Shown here piece after piece: positions 1 to 9,927 of a stretch of DNA of 53,313 nucleotides. A program made the position numbers and the translations under genes. Position 1 is the first letter of the stretch, and every line of letters begins with the position of its first letter. Under the pieces are notes generated by a model. The model did no database searches. It was given only the letters and a program-made list of their open reading frames with translations, and was not told the origin of the DNA. The stretch comes from Bacteroidota bacterium (GTDB lineage Bacteria > Bacteroidota > Bacteroidia > AKYH767-A > OLB10), in assembly GCA_046052065.1 (NCBI GenBank), contig JBJOND010000006.1:1-53313 (forward strand), written 5' to 3'.

Positions 1-1063
1 GATGACCGTTTTCTCGTGGAGAGGAGATGTTGATACACTCTTGTCGCCAATGGATTCTATCCGTTATTATAAAATGTTTTTACGTACGGGATTTATGGCA
101 CTTGAACCTCAAACAGGACAAGTAAAGGCATGGGTTGGCGGACTCGATTTTCATTATTTTAAATATGATCAGGTAAAAGAGGGAGCGCGTCAAGTAGGTT
201 CTACTTTCAAGCCCTTCGTTTATACATTAGCAATGCAAGAAGGATATTCGCCTTGTTATCAAGTTCCAAATTCAAAAGTAACAATCTATGATAAAGCAGG
301 TGTGCCGTGGATTCCTTCTAATTCAGATGGAAAATATGGCGGAATGCTTTCATTGAAGCAAGCGCTGGCGAATTCTGTCAATTGTGTTTCTGCTTATTTA
401 ATGAAGCAATTCGGTCCAGAAGCTGTGGTTCAGGTTGCACACAAAATGGGAATTACTGCTCCCATTGAACCCTATCCATCCATTGCATTAGGAACAGCAG
501 ATATATCTGTTTTTGAAATGGTAGGTGCTTACGGAACATTTGCTAATAATGGTATTTGGACGGAGCCAATGTATATAACAAGAATTGAAGATAAAAACGG
601 AGTTGTATTACAAGAGTTTGTTCCTAGAAAAGTAGAAGCAATTAATGAAGAAACGGCCTATCTGATGCTTAATTTAATGGAAGGTGTAACTAAGTTTGGA
701 ACAGGTGCACGACTACGAGGTGGAGATTATCATTTTACAAATCCTATTGCAGGTAAAACAGGAACAACACAAAATCAAAGTGATGGTTGGTTTATGGGCA
801 TTACACCAGAATTGGTAGCTGGCTGTTGGGTGGGTTGCGAAGACAGAGGCGTACACTTTAGGTCTACATCTCTTGGACAAGGGGCTAATACTGCCTTACC
901 TATATGGGGTTTATTTATGCGAAAAGTATTTGATGATCCGAAGTTGAATTACTCACAAGGAGAATTTTCTAAACCACAAAAACCGCTTAATGTAGAGCTC
1001 GATTGCTCAAAGTATAATATGCCTGCAACACCAGGTGCAACAAATAATTTTGATATCAACTAA
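1..1063 (+). CDS. mrcA: Penicillin-binding protein 1A, transpeptidase part (5' end lies outside the window)
   Basis: SxxK (GSTFKP), SxN (ANSVN) and KTG (AGKTGTT) motifs, plus the class A PBP segment ALGTADIS. Confidence 0.9.
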   Translation, partial: MTVFSWRGDVDTLLSPMDSIRYYKMFLRTGFMALEPQTGQVKAWVGGLDFHYFKYDQVKEGARQVGSTFKPFVYTLAMQEGYSPCYQVPNSKVTIYDKAGVPWIPSNSDGKYGGMLSLKQALANSVNCVSAYLMKQFGPEAVVQVAHKMGITAPIEPYPSIALGTADISVFEMVGAYGTFANNGIWTEPMYITRIEDKNGVVLQEFVPRKVEAINEETAYLMLNLMEGVTKFGTGARLRGGDYHFTNPIAGKTGTTQNQSDGWFMGITPELVAGCWVGCEDRGVHFRSTSLGQGANTALPIWGLFMRKVFDDPKLNYSQGEFSKPQKPLNVELDCSKYNMPATPGATNNFDIN

Positions 1064-1064
1064 A

Positions 1065-1757
1065 ATGAATAAAGTAGTAAATAACGCAGAGGAAGCCATT
1101 CATGATATTCAGGATGGTGAAGTAATTATGCTCGGAGGTTTTGGCCTTTGTGGCATACCAGAAAATTGTATTAACGCCCTCGTAAAAAAAGGAACAAAAG
1201 AGCTTACTTGTATATCTAATAATGCAGGTGTTGATGATTTTGGAATTGGCTTAATGCTTAAAACGCGTCAGGTAAAAAAAATGATTTCTTCTTATGTTGG
1301 CGAGAATGCAGAATTCGAAAGACAATTATTAAGTGGAGAATTAGAAGTAGAGCTAATCCCTCAGGGAACATTAGCAACAAGATGTATGGCTGCTGCTTAT
1401 GGTATGCCTGCAGTATGGGTACGTGCAGGAGTAGGAACTGAAGTCGCAATTGGAAAAGAAACGCGCTTATTTGATGGAACCGAGTATTTATTGGAAATGG
1501 CTTTCAAAGCAAAGTTCGCAATTGTTAAAGCATGGAAAGGAGATACACATGGTAATCTAATTTTCCGTAAAACAACACGTAATTTTAATATGCCAATGGC
1601 AATGGCCGGACAAATTACAATTGCTGAAGTAGAAGAGTTAGTACCTGCGGGAACGTTAGACCCAGATCATATTCATGTACCAGGAATATATGTCCACAGA
1701 ATATTTCAAGGAAATAATTACGAGAAAAGAATTGAGCAAAGAACTATTAGGAAGTAA
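1065..1757 (+). CDS. scoA: 3-oxoacid CoA-transferase subunit A
   Basis: GGFGLCGIPEN, SNNAG and PQGTLA motifs. ATG 1065 is preferred over the overlapping GTG 1035. Confidence 0.92.
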   Translation: MNKVVNNAEEAIHDIQDGEVIMLGGFGLCGIPENCINALVKKGTKELTCISNNAGVDDFGIGLMLKTRQVKKMISSYVGENAEFERQLLSGELEVELIPQGTLATRCMAAAYGMPAVWVRAGVGTEVAIGKETRLFDGTEYLLEMAFKAKFAIVKAWKGDTHGNLIFRKTTRNFNMPMAMAGQITIAEVEELVPAGTLDPDHIHVPGIYVHRIFQGNNYEKRIEQRTIRK

Positions 1758-2057
1758 TTAGCTAATTTGAAAATGTGCTAAATAAACTACTAACCATGGT
1801 TAGAGAAGCACAAAGTCCGGAATCAATAAGTGATTTTATTCACAAATTAAAAATTGCCGCAAAAGAAGCAGAAGAAAGCATGTATTGGTTAGAACTAGCA
1901 GAAACTTCTATGCATTATCCATCACCTTCTAATGAGGGATTGATAAAACCATTAAATGAAATCCAAAAACTTTTAAGTTCAATTATTAAAACCTCAAAAA
2001 ATAAATCAAAGACAAATTGTTGACGCCATATTAGCAGATTGTCTAATTAACTAATTA
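1755..2057. repeat. Imperfect 27-bp inverted repeats (1755-1781 / 2031-2057) flanking the four-helix-bundle ORF
   Basis: The reverse complement of taattagctaatttgaaaatgtgctaa matches ttagcagattgtctaattaactaatta at 23/27 positions. Confidence 0.7.
1775..2023 (+). pseudogene. Four-helix-bundle (23S rRNA IVP-like) protein, apparently N-terminally truncated
   Basis: REAQSPESISDFIHKLKIAAKEAEESMYWL resembles the family core, but the usual preceding QLxRSxTSIGAN helix is absent and the ORF is only 82 aa. Confidence 0.7.
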
Positions 2058-2070
2058 GCAAATTAAAACA

Positions 2071-2730
2071 ATGTTAGATAAAATAGGAATCGCAAAACGA
2101 ATTGCACAAGAAGTAAAAGATGGAAGTTATGTAAACTTAGGAATCGGTATTCCTACTTTAGTTGCTAACTATATTCCCAAAGGCGTGAATGTAACTTTAC
2201 AATCTGAAAATGGAATGTTAGGTATGGGTCCTTTCCCGTTTGAAGGAGAAGAAGATGCCGACTTAATTAATGCAGGTAAACAAACTATTACCGAAGTGCA
2301 AGGCACAGCTTACTTCGATTCTGCATTAAGCTTTGGAATGATTCGCGCAGGAAAAGTAGATTTAACTATTCTTGGTGCAATGGAAGTAAGTGAAAATGGA
2401 GACATCGCTAACTGGAAAATTCCTGGTAAAATGGTGAAAGGAATGGGTGGTGCAATGGATCTTGTAGCTGCCGCGAAAAATATTATTGTTGCAATGCAAC
2501 ATGTAAATAAAGCAGGCGAATCAAAGTTGCTTCCTGAATGCACACTTCCATTAACAGGTGTAAAATGCATCAAGAAAATTGTAACGGAACTTGCGGTTTT
2601 AGAGGTTGTTCCAGGAAAAGGATTCGTCCTTTTAGAAAGAGCACCTGGTGTAACGGTTGAGGAGATACGTAAAGCAACTGCTGGTAAGTTAATAGTGGAA
2701 GGAGAAATTCCTGAGATGATAATTGATTAA
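2071..2730 (+). CDS. scoB: 3-oxoacid CoA-transferase subunit B
   Basis: VNLGIGIPT, QSENG (catalytic Glu) and GMGGAMDL motifs. Confidence 0.93.
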   Translation: MLDKIGIAKRIAQEVKDGSYVNLGIGIPTLVANYIPKGVNVTLQSENGMLGMGPFPFEGEEDADLINAGKQTITEVQGTAYFDSALSFGMIRAGKVDLTILGAMEVSENGDIANWKIPGKMVKGMGGAMDLVAAAKNIIVAMQHVNKAGESKLLPECTLPLTGVKCIKKIVTELAVLEVVPGKGFVLLERAPGVTVEEIRKATAGKLIVEGEIPEMIID

Positions 2731-2734
2731 TTGA

Positions 2735-3691
2735 ATGACTACATTATCTGTTATCATTCCCGTATTTAACGAAGAGAAAAATATTTCTTCAGTATATAGC
2801 AGATGCATTTCAGTTCTTAGTTTAATTGGAGAACCTTTCGAAGTGATTTTTATAAATGATGGGAGCAAGGATAATACTTTTCAAAAGGTTTACCAGCTTT
2901 CAGAAACTGATGCTCGTGTAAAATACATTAACCTGAGTAGGAATTTCGGACATCAAATTGCAGTTTCAGCAGGTCTCGATGCTTGTTCTGGAAGTTACGC
3001 TGTAATTATTGATGCAGATTTACAAGACCCGCCTGAGCTTATCACTGATTTATACGCAAAAGCGCAAGAAGGTTTTGATGTTGTATATGCTAAGCGACAA
3101 CTGCGAAAAGGGGAAACATTCTTTAAAAGTATAACTGCAAAGTTCTTTTATCGACTTCTAAAAAAAATCACTACGATTAATATTCCGTTAGATACTGGCG
3201 ATTTCAGAATTATCTCACGTAAAGTAATTAATGTGCTGAAGCAAATGCCAGAACAGCAAAAGTTTTTAAGAGGACAAATAGCATGGGTTGGCTTTCGTCA
3301 AACAGCCGTTGAATATCAACGTGAAGAAAGAAACGCAGGAACCTCTGGGTATACAGTAAAAAAAATGATGCGTTTAGCAATGGATGGTATCACTTCTTTT
3401 TCTAATCTTCCATTGCGTATAGCTACTATCGCAGGATTCTTAGTTTCCGGAATTACATTTTGTGTTGCACTCTACGCCCTGTATTCACGGTTTATTTCAA
3501 AAGATTATGTGCCTGGCTGGACGTCCATCATTATTTCCGTATTGTTCATTGGAGGAGTACAATTAATTACAATCGGAATTATTGGAGAATACATTAGTAG
3601 AATTAGTTCTAACGTACGTAATCGTCCGCTCTATGTAGTTAGCGAAACAAATTTAGATTATTCGAAATTCAACGAAAAATCATCCCAATAA
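2735..3691 (+). CDS. GT2 polyprenol-phosphate glycosyltransferase (GtrB/ArnC-like, two C-terminal TM helices)
   Basis: IIPVFNE, NDGSKD, SRNFGHQ, IDADLQDPP, GDFR and RPLY motifs. Confidence 0.9.
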   Translation: MTTLSVIIPVFNEEKNISSVYSRCISVLSLIGEPFEVIFINDGSKDNTFQKVYQLSETDARVKYINLSRNFGHQIAVSAGLDACSGSYAVIIDADLQDPPELITDLYAKAQEGFDVVYAKRQLRKGETFFKSITAKFFYRLLKKITTINIPLDTGDFRIISRKVINVLKQMPEQQKFLRGQIAWVGFRQTAVEYQREERNAGTSGYTVKKMMRLAMDGITSFSNLPLRIATIAGFLVSGITFCVALYALYSRFISKDYVPGWTSIIISVLFIGGVQLITIGIIGEYISRISSNVRNRPLYVVSETNLDYSKFNEKSSQ

Positions 3692-4167
3692 ACTTTAGAT
3701 TTTCCTTCGTTTAATCCGTAAAGTTTTATTACCATATCATCAGTTAAAGGCTCTTTTAAATCAACCTTTAATTGAACCAGTTCCCATTTGTTAGGAATCT
3801 TAACAGTGTTCTGAATATCGCTCCCTTGCCAGATGATACTTTTATCGTTTTTATCAATTGATAATACCAACTTGCCTTTAGGGTTTTGTAATTTCGACAT
3901 TACCCAAACGGTAGCCGTTATACTTTTAGGTGTTTTGTTTTTTAGATGTTTGCTTGATGCAATCATTGTTTGTGAGAAAACTAATGTGCTATCTGTAAAT
4001 GTTGAATAGACTCCACTATGACTTGCTTCAGTCGTTAACTGATCCTTCGTTGACCAATTTCCCATTACCTCAAAGTCGTTGTTATATACCGAGGCTTGTT
4101 GTTCTTCTTTAGAACCACAACCTAATGACAAAATTGTTAAACCAGCGATGTAAAGTCCTTTCTTCAT
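3658..4167 (-). CDS. Lipoprotein with a galactose-binding/CBM4-9-like beta-sandwich
   Basis: Start reassigned to MKKGLYIAGLTILSLGC (lipobox). NNDFE...HSG.YS...W...VYWDDFSL is the pattern of CBM-like domains. Confidence 0.6.
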   Translation of the reverse strand: MKKGLYIAGLTILSLGCGSKEEQQASVYNNDFEVMGNWSTKDQLTTEASHSGVYSTFTDSTLVFSQTMIASSKHLKNKTPKSITATVWVMSKLQNPKGKLVLSIDKNDKSIIWQGSDIQNTVKIPNKWELVQLKVDLKEPLTDDMVIKLYGLNEGKSKVYWDDFSLNFE

Positions 4168-4253
4168 GACATTAAAATTTTGGCTAAAATAAATAAGAAT
4201 AATCACACATAGTAGCGCTATTACGTAAATTGAAAATAAATATCTTTGAGGCA

Positions 4254-5609
4254 ATGGTTAATTTATTTAAAAGACGATTTTCGCTCGTATTGGTGTTCAT
4301 TATTTCATTGATAGCCTTATTGGTTGTTATGAACCTGAAGAAGTGGCGCTATGATGAAAAGGTAATAGCTTATGATGTACATGCTTTTTACGGATACTTA
4401 CCAGCTAAATATATTTTTGATGATCTTAAAGTAGAAAAAAGCGATTATAAATATGCGGAAGGTCAATATTGGTTTTGGTTAAAACAATATGATAGCGGTA
4501 AAAAGGCATTTGATAAAACGTACGGACTATCTATTATGTACGCTCCCTTTTTTGCGATGGCTCATCAGGTAGCTAAAACATTTGATTATCCGTTAACAGG
4601 ATTTTCAGAACCCTATCTCTTCTTTTTATTGCTAAGCTCGCTGTTTTATTTTTTCCTTGGATTACTTTATCTGCGAAAGCTATTACTTCATTATAATTTT
4701 TCAGATAGAGAAATTTCAATTACACTTTTAATTATTGGCCTCGGTACAAATCTATTTTGTTATGCATCGCAGTCGGCACCACTGCCAGAAGTTTATTTGT
4801 TTGCCATAAGTTCACTATTTGCATATGCAACAGCTAAGTGGCATATGAACCGAAAATTGAAGTCAATTATAATTGTTAGTGCAACTTTATCATTAATGAT
4901 TTTGATTCATTTTCCTTTAATACTTTTCGCATTGTATTTCATTTTATATGATGTAAAAAAAATTACAGAAATCGGTGCAAAGAAAATTCCAATCTACGCA
5001 CTGCTGATTTTTGCAGTTATTTTCATTGCTGTTTGGATTCCACAATTTAAGTACTGGAAGTTGACATTAGGTAGTTATTTAGGAGCATCTGATAATTACG
5101 AACATTATTATTTTTTAAAACCGATGCTTTGGAAAGGTCTATTAGGATTTCAAAAAGGATGGTTTATTTATACACCGTTGTTGTTGTTTATTTTCCCTGG
5201 AATTTATTTTATGCTTAAACGTGTTCCAGAGTTAAAATGGTCGGTAATTATTTTAACGCTGTTATTTGTTTACATTACACTTAGTTGGTGGAACTGGTGG
5301 TACGGGGGAAGTTTCGGACAAAAATCTATGATTCCACTTTATACTATGTTAGCAATACCAGTTGCTTGTTTAGTTTCAAAAGTGTTGGCTAAAGGTGCGG
5401 TCATTAAATATTCGTTTATAATCACTATTACCTCTTTTATTCTATTGAATATTTTTCAGACCTATCAATTTGAGTATGGCTCCTTACATGGTGATGCAAT
5501 GAATAGTAAGGTTTATTTTAAGCAGTTTGGAAAGTTAAATAAAATTGAAAAGTTTGAAGAGCAGCTGTCCTATCCAAATTATGATGAAGCAAAAAAAGGG
5601 AATAGATGA
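4254..5609 (+). CDS. Polytopic membrane protein, GT-C-like glycosyltransferase
   Basis: Many hydrophobic segments, an acidic residue after TM1 (AYDVHAFYGYLP), KGWFIYTP and WWNWWYGGSFGQK. Confidence 0.65.
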   Translation: MVNLFKRRFSLVLVFIISLIALLVVMNLKKWRYDEKVIAYDVHAFYGYLPAKYIFDDLKVEKSDYKYAEGQYWFWLKQYDSGKKAFDKTYGLSIMYAPFFAMAHQVAKTFDYPLTGFSEPYLFFLLLSSLFYFFLGLLYLRKLLLHYNFSDREISITLLIIGLGTNLFCYASQSAPLPEVYLFAISSLFAYATAKWHMNRKLKSIIIVSATLSLMILIHFPLILFALYFILYDVKKITEIGAKKIPIYALLIFAVIFIAVWIPQFKYWKLTLGSYLGASDNYEHYYFLKPMLWKGLLGFQKGWFIYTPLLLFIFPGIYFMLKRVPELKWSVIILTLLFVYITLSWWNWWYGGSFGQKSMIPLYTMLAIPVACLVSKVLAKGAVIKYSFIITITSFILLNIFQTYQFEYGSLHGDAMNSKVYFKQFGKLNKIEKFEEQLSYPNYDEAKKGNR

Positions 5610-7600
5610 AATTAATTGCTAAGCTCAGGAGTTATCTTAAAAAGGATATACAAATAAATCAATTTCTGCCATTGATGATGTTGATAGCAGGAATATGGCT
5701 TTTTCCATTAGACCTCCTTCAGCGCGATTTATCAGTAATGCCAGGCGATAAAGGTGATTCCCGCTTTAACAATTATATTCTTGAACATGGATATAATTTT
5801 CTGACAGGGAAAGTAAATAATTATTGGGATGCTCCTTTTATGTATCCTGAAAAAAATGCAATTGCTTATTCCGATAATTTACTGGGAACTGTTCCATTAT
5901 ATTCATTATTCAGAGTAATGAAATGTGATCGGGAAACTTCTTTCCAATTATGGTTTTTATCGCTCTTTGTTTTAAACTTTATCTGCGCTTATTGGGCTTT
6001 AAAAAAATGGACAGAGTCTACTTTGTTGTCTTCGGTTGGTGCTTACATCTTTACCTTTTCAATATTTATCTTAACGCATATTAATCATGCGCAGGTGTTT
6101 CCACGCTTTGTGATACCTTTAATTGTATATTGGTTTTGGAATTGGATCAAACATAAAAATCTAAAATCGTTTTATTTACTTACTGCAGGAATTGTTTATC
6201 AGTTTTACTGCGGAATTTATTTAGGATTTTTTATTGTTTACATTTTGCTATTTGTTTTTATTGCTTACTTGATTGTATATCGCGATAAGCAAATAGTTAC
6301 TTGGCTAAAAGAAGGAAAAAATATTTTCAGGCATCTGCTTACAATTATTTTCGGATTGCTTTTATTAGTCCCAATGTTTATTCCTTACATGGAAATCAGC
6401 AGTCGTTTTGGCTACCGCGATTTTGCAGAAGTGTTAAGTTATATTCCAACATGGCGCTCTTATTTTTCAGCTATTCCTGAATCAGCAATATGGCGATTTC
6501 TTAGTTGGCATATTCGAGAGCAGGGAGGAAATTGGTGGGAGCTCTTTTTATTCCCTGGTCTGATAGCTTACTTAGGTATTCTTATGTTCCCCTTTGCTTA
6601 TAAAAAGGCGACTAATAAAAAGGAATTAGTATTCATCTTATTAAGTCTTTTATTGTTAGTTGTTTTTACATTAAACATAAATGGATTTACACTTTATAAA
6701 TGCTTTTACAATCTGCCAGGATTCGGATCTATGCGATCTATTAATCGTATTATAAATGCCGAAATAATTTTGATTGTACTCTTGATGGTAGCAGTTTTAA
6801 AAGTTTATGAAACCAGTAAATGGAAAAACATTTTATTATTACTGCCTTTGTTAGTTATAATTGATAATTCAACTTCTTACTGGGAACGTCAATATAAAAA
6901 GTCCGAAGTACAGCAACGTGAGAAAGAAACAAAAGACCGAATAAAAAAATACATTACAGGTAATAGGGCAGTTGCTTATCAGCATTATAATTTAGCAGGT
7001 CAAGAGGCATTTTCACATTTAGACGTTATGATTGCTTGTCAGGATTTGAATGTAGCTTGCGTTAATGCATACACAGGGCTTTATCCTAATAAATACAAAG
7101 GGTTTTTTAATGGAGAAGGATTAGACTCTCTCTCGGTATGGCTATCCGCAAATAATAAATCTATCAGCGATGTTGTAGTTGTTAGTGAGGATAAAGCTAA
7201 TTTTTTTCATCGTAGTTATGTAAAGATCAAATGTGCGAATGGTAAATATTTGAAAATTGATAAAGACCATGGTGATAAATTAATGGCAATTGGAGAGAAT
7301 CAAAATGATGGGGAGTTATTTGAATACGCACAAATTGATGAAACTAATTCTGTTTTTCGTGCAACTACAGGTAAATATGCTTGTGCAGAATTTTATGATA
7401 ATGGTTTAATGGTTGTTAATCGCGATGGTATTGGTGAGTGGGAGCGCTTTAGATTATTGAAACAGCCTGACGGAAGTTTTTTAATACAAACGTTTACCAA
7501 TAATTATTTATCGCTTGAAAAAGAAGGAAGTTTAAGAAGTGTAGATAAAAGTCCAACTAATCAATCACGCTTTGTTTTCGAAACGCCTTTATATTATTGA
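5606..7600 (+). CDS. GT-C/YfhO-like membrane protein with a C-terminal fascin-like beta-trefoil domain
   Basis: GDKGDSRFN, WDAPFMYP and AYSDNLLG followed by many TM segments. The C-terminus has repeated NGKYL/TGKYA/NNYL and EWERF motifs. Confidence 0.65.
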   Translation: MKLIAKLRSYLKKDIQINQFLPLMMLIAGIWLFPLDLLQRDLSVMPGDKGDSRFNNYILEHGYNFLTGKVNNYWDAPFMYPEKNAIAYSDNLLGTVPLYSLFRVMKCDRETSFQLWFLSLFVLNFICAYWALKKWTESTLLSSVGAYIFTFSIFILTHINHAQVFPRFVIPLIVYWFWNWIKHKNLKSFYLLTAGIVYQFYCGIYLGFFIVYILLFVFIAYLIVYRDKQIVTWLKEGKNIFRHLLTIIFGLLLLVPMFIPYMEISSRFGYRDFAEVLSYIPTWRSYFSAIPESAIWRFLSWHIREQGGNWWELFLFPGLIAYLGILMFPFAYKKATNKKELVFILLSLLLLVVFTLNINGFTLYKCFYNLPGFGSMRSINRIINAEIILIVLLMVAVLKVYETSKWKNILLLLPLLVIIDNSTSYWERQYKKSEVQQREKETKDRIKKYITGNRAVAYQHYNLAGQEAFSHLDVMIACQDLNVACVNAYTGLYPNKYKGFFNGEGLDSLSVWLSANNKSISDVVVVSEDKANFFHRSYVKIKCANGKYLKIDKDHGDKLMAIGENQNDGELFEYAQIDETNSVFRATTGKYACAEFYDNGLMVVNRDGIGEWERFRLLKQPDGSFLIQTFTNNYLSLEKEGSLRSVDKSPTNQSRFVFETPLYY

Positions 7601-9105
7601 ACAGCCGATACATTAAGCTTTTTAAGTGTTATCGTTCCCATTTTTAATGTTGGAATGCCGTCGCTACCAACAGTCGCTGTATCGGGCTTGTAGTCGCCGC
7701 GTATACGATCGTATAATGGGCCAGCAATCATCCAATGATAAAAAGAATATTCGCTGTATAGCTCAAAAGTGCCGTCTGGTTTTGTGGTTGTTACATGATG
7801 ATTAACCCACCATTCATCCCATGCTAATATTTCGCCACCTTCAATAGGGTTCCCGTCTTCATCAACCATTTTTCCTGTTACGCGAAATTTATTGTTATTA
7901 CTAAAATTGTAATAGTTTGATAAACACTCACACTTGCCCTTTTTTTGTTTTACATCAAAATCGTTGATTGCTTTATTTACAGGTTTCGGCGTGCCATTTA
8001 CAATTTCACCTTTACTTGTTTTTGTTTCACCTGTCCAGCTTAATACGCCAAGAAAATTCTGATGATATATTTGCCAGTCTACATCCTTAAATTGCCACCA
8101 CGAATAACCCATCCCTCCACAGTTGTAATTTTGTAACATTGTTTTTTTCGCAAATTCTACTTGAGCCTCATATTTAACGGAATCATTATCTGCAGGAATT
8201 CCCGTTTCTCCAATAATCCACGGTTTTTTAACAAAACGATTATACCAATACAATTCATTTCTAACCTGATCCTTTTCATATTCATAAGGGTGAAAAGAAA
8301 CAAAGTCTACATTCATCAGATTTGGATCCCATTCAAATAGCTCTCTTTGATTGGCAAGACCTATAGTGGTTAAATGGTTTGGATCATTTTTCTTGGCAAT
8401 TTTTTGCCATTTTAAAGTGATATAATAAACATCTTCTTTTTTTCTTTCTAATGAATCGAAGTATAAAGGCTCATTAAAAAAATCATATGCAAGTAAGGAG
8501 GTATTGTCTTTAAAATGATTTGTTATTTTTTCAAGATGCACTTCTGTATCATGCGATTCTTTAAAAAGTCTTGTTGTTAAAATAGCTTTTAGTCCTGCAT
8601 TTTCAACAGTTTTCATTAGTTCATCAAGCGCATTAAGATACTTCGTATAGTCGTCATCGTTATTAAGATACAAACAGTAATTATGATTGTTTCCAAAACT
8701 TGCTTTAAAGTTGATTCGACCTGTTGACCGGTCACGAACTTCAGGTTCTCCTATACCCACTAATCGTATTGTGTTGTAGCCAAGCTCTTTTACAAGATTT
8801 AAATGTGCTTGTAAATCTTTCAAGCTCGATATCTTATCCTCATAAGGGAAAAGTCCATTTGGGCCATATCCAACATATATAGCTGGCCACATGGTTGTAT
8901 CGTTTACCCTCAACGAAATAACAAAGTTGATTACTTTAGGATAGAATGGTTGTCCGTCTAAATAAAATTGATTGTCTTTTATTGACACGAATTTTTTATC
9001 AACTTCGTGAGGCTCTAAAACGGCCACCGATTTTCTGTATTCAATATAAAAATATGTCCAGCCTAATAAACATAAAACTATAAATACGGATAGAATTTTT
9101 TTCAT
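7594..9105 (-). CDS. Membrane-anchored clan GH-A glycoside hydrolase (GH5/GH2-like) with a C-terminal beta domain
   Basis: N-terminal TM segment, GYNTIRL, FFNEP (acid/base), VSFHPY, IIGETG (nucleophile) and YSWWQF. Confidence 0.75.
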   Translation of the reverse strand: MKKILSVFIVLCLLGWTYFYIEYRKSVAVLEPHEVDKKFVSIKDNQFYLDGQPFYPKVINFVISLRVNDTTMWPAIYVGYGPNGLFPYEDKISSLKDLQAHLNLVKELGYNTIRLVGIGEPEVRDRSTGRINFKASFGNNHNYCLYLNNDDDYTKYLNALDELMKTVENAGLKAILTTRLFKESHDTEVHLEKITNHFKDNTSLLAYDFFNEPLYFDSLERKKEDVYYITLKWQKIAKKNDPNHLTTIGLANQRELFEWDPNLMNVDFVSFHPYEYEKDQVRNELYWYNRFVKKPWIIGETGIPADNDSVKYEAQVEFAKKTMLQNYNCGGMGYSWWQFKDVDWQIYHQNFLGVLSWTGETKTSKGEIVNGTPKPVNKAINDFDVKQKKGKCECLSNYYNFSNNNKFRVTGKMVDEDGNPIEGGEILAWDEWWVNHHVTTTKPDGTFELYSEYSFYHWMIAGPLYDRIRGDYKPDTATVGSDGIPTLKMGTITLKKLNVSAVQ

Positions 9106-9210
9106 TGCATCAACAACTCTTAATGATTCATCGGACGCAAAACTAACTTAAATCGATTGAAAAGGCTTTAAGTTTTTAATTATTAAATTTGCAAGACCAA
9201 AATTGTATTT

Positions 9211-9927
9211 ATGTCGCAAGTTTTATCCATAGTCATACCCGCTTATAATGAAGCCAGAACTATTCATCTGATTTTGGATAAAGTTAAGGCCGTGAATCTC
9301 CTGAACAATCTTAAAATGGAAATCATTATTGTGAATGATTGTTCAAGTGATACGACAATCGATGCAATTAAAAACTATCAACGTGAAAACCCTGATTTCC
9401 CTATTTCCCTTTATAATCAAGAAAGAAATATGGGTAAAGGCGCTGCTTTGCATAGAGGTATTAAAGAAGCAACTGGCGATTATGTACTAATTCAGGATGC
9501 TGATTTAGAATATGACCCATCGGAGTATAACAGTTTATTAAAGCCAATTTTAGATGGTTTTGCAGATGTGGTTTATGGTTCCCGTTTTATTGGTGGGAAG
9601 CCCCATCGTATTTTGTTTTTCTGGCATACCATCGGGAATAAAATATTGACATTCGCTTCTAATATGTTATCCAACCTTAATTTAACGGATATGGAAACTT
9701 GTTATAAGCTATTCAAAAGAGAAACGATACAGTCTATCAAGTTAAAAGAAAATCGTTTTGGCTTTGAACCAGAGGTGACGGCCAAGATTGCTAAGATTCC
9801 TAATATTCGCATTTATGAAGTAGGTATTTCATATTATGGACGTACTTACGAGGAAGGGAAGAAGATTAACTGGAAGGATGGTTTTCGCGCTATCTATTGT
9901 ATTATTAAGTACAACCTTTTTAGTTAA
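9211..9927 (+). CDS. GT2 glycosyltransferase, DPM1/Ppm1-like
   Basis: [38 protein letters not shown] and FGFEPE. Confidence 0.9.
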   Translation: MSQVLSIVIPAYNEARTIHLILDKVKAVNLLNNLKMEIIIVNDCSSDTTIDAIKNYQRENPDFPISLYNQERNMGKGAALHRGIKEATGDYVLIQDADLEYDPSEYNSLLKPILDGFADVVYGSRFIGGKPHRILFFWHTIGNKILTFASNMLSNLNLTDMETCYKLFKRETIQSIKLKENRFGFEPEVTAKIAKIPNIRIYEVGISYYGRTYEEGKKINWKDGFRAIYCIIKYNLFS

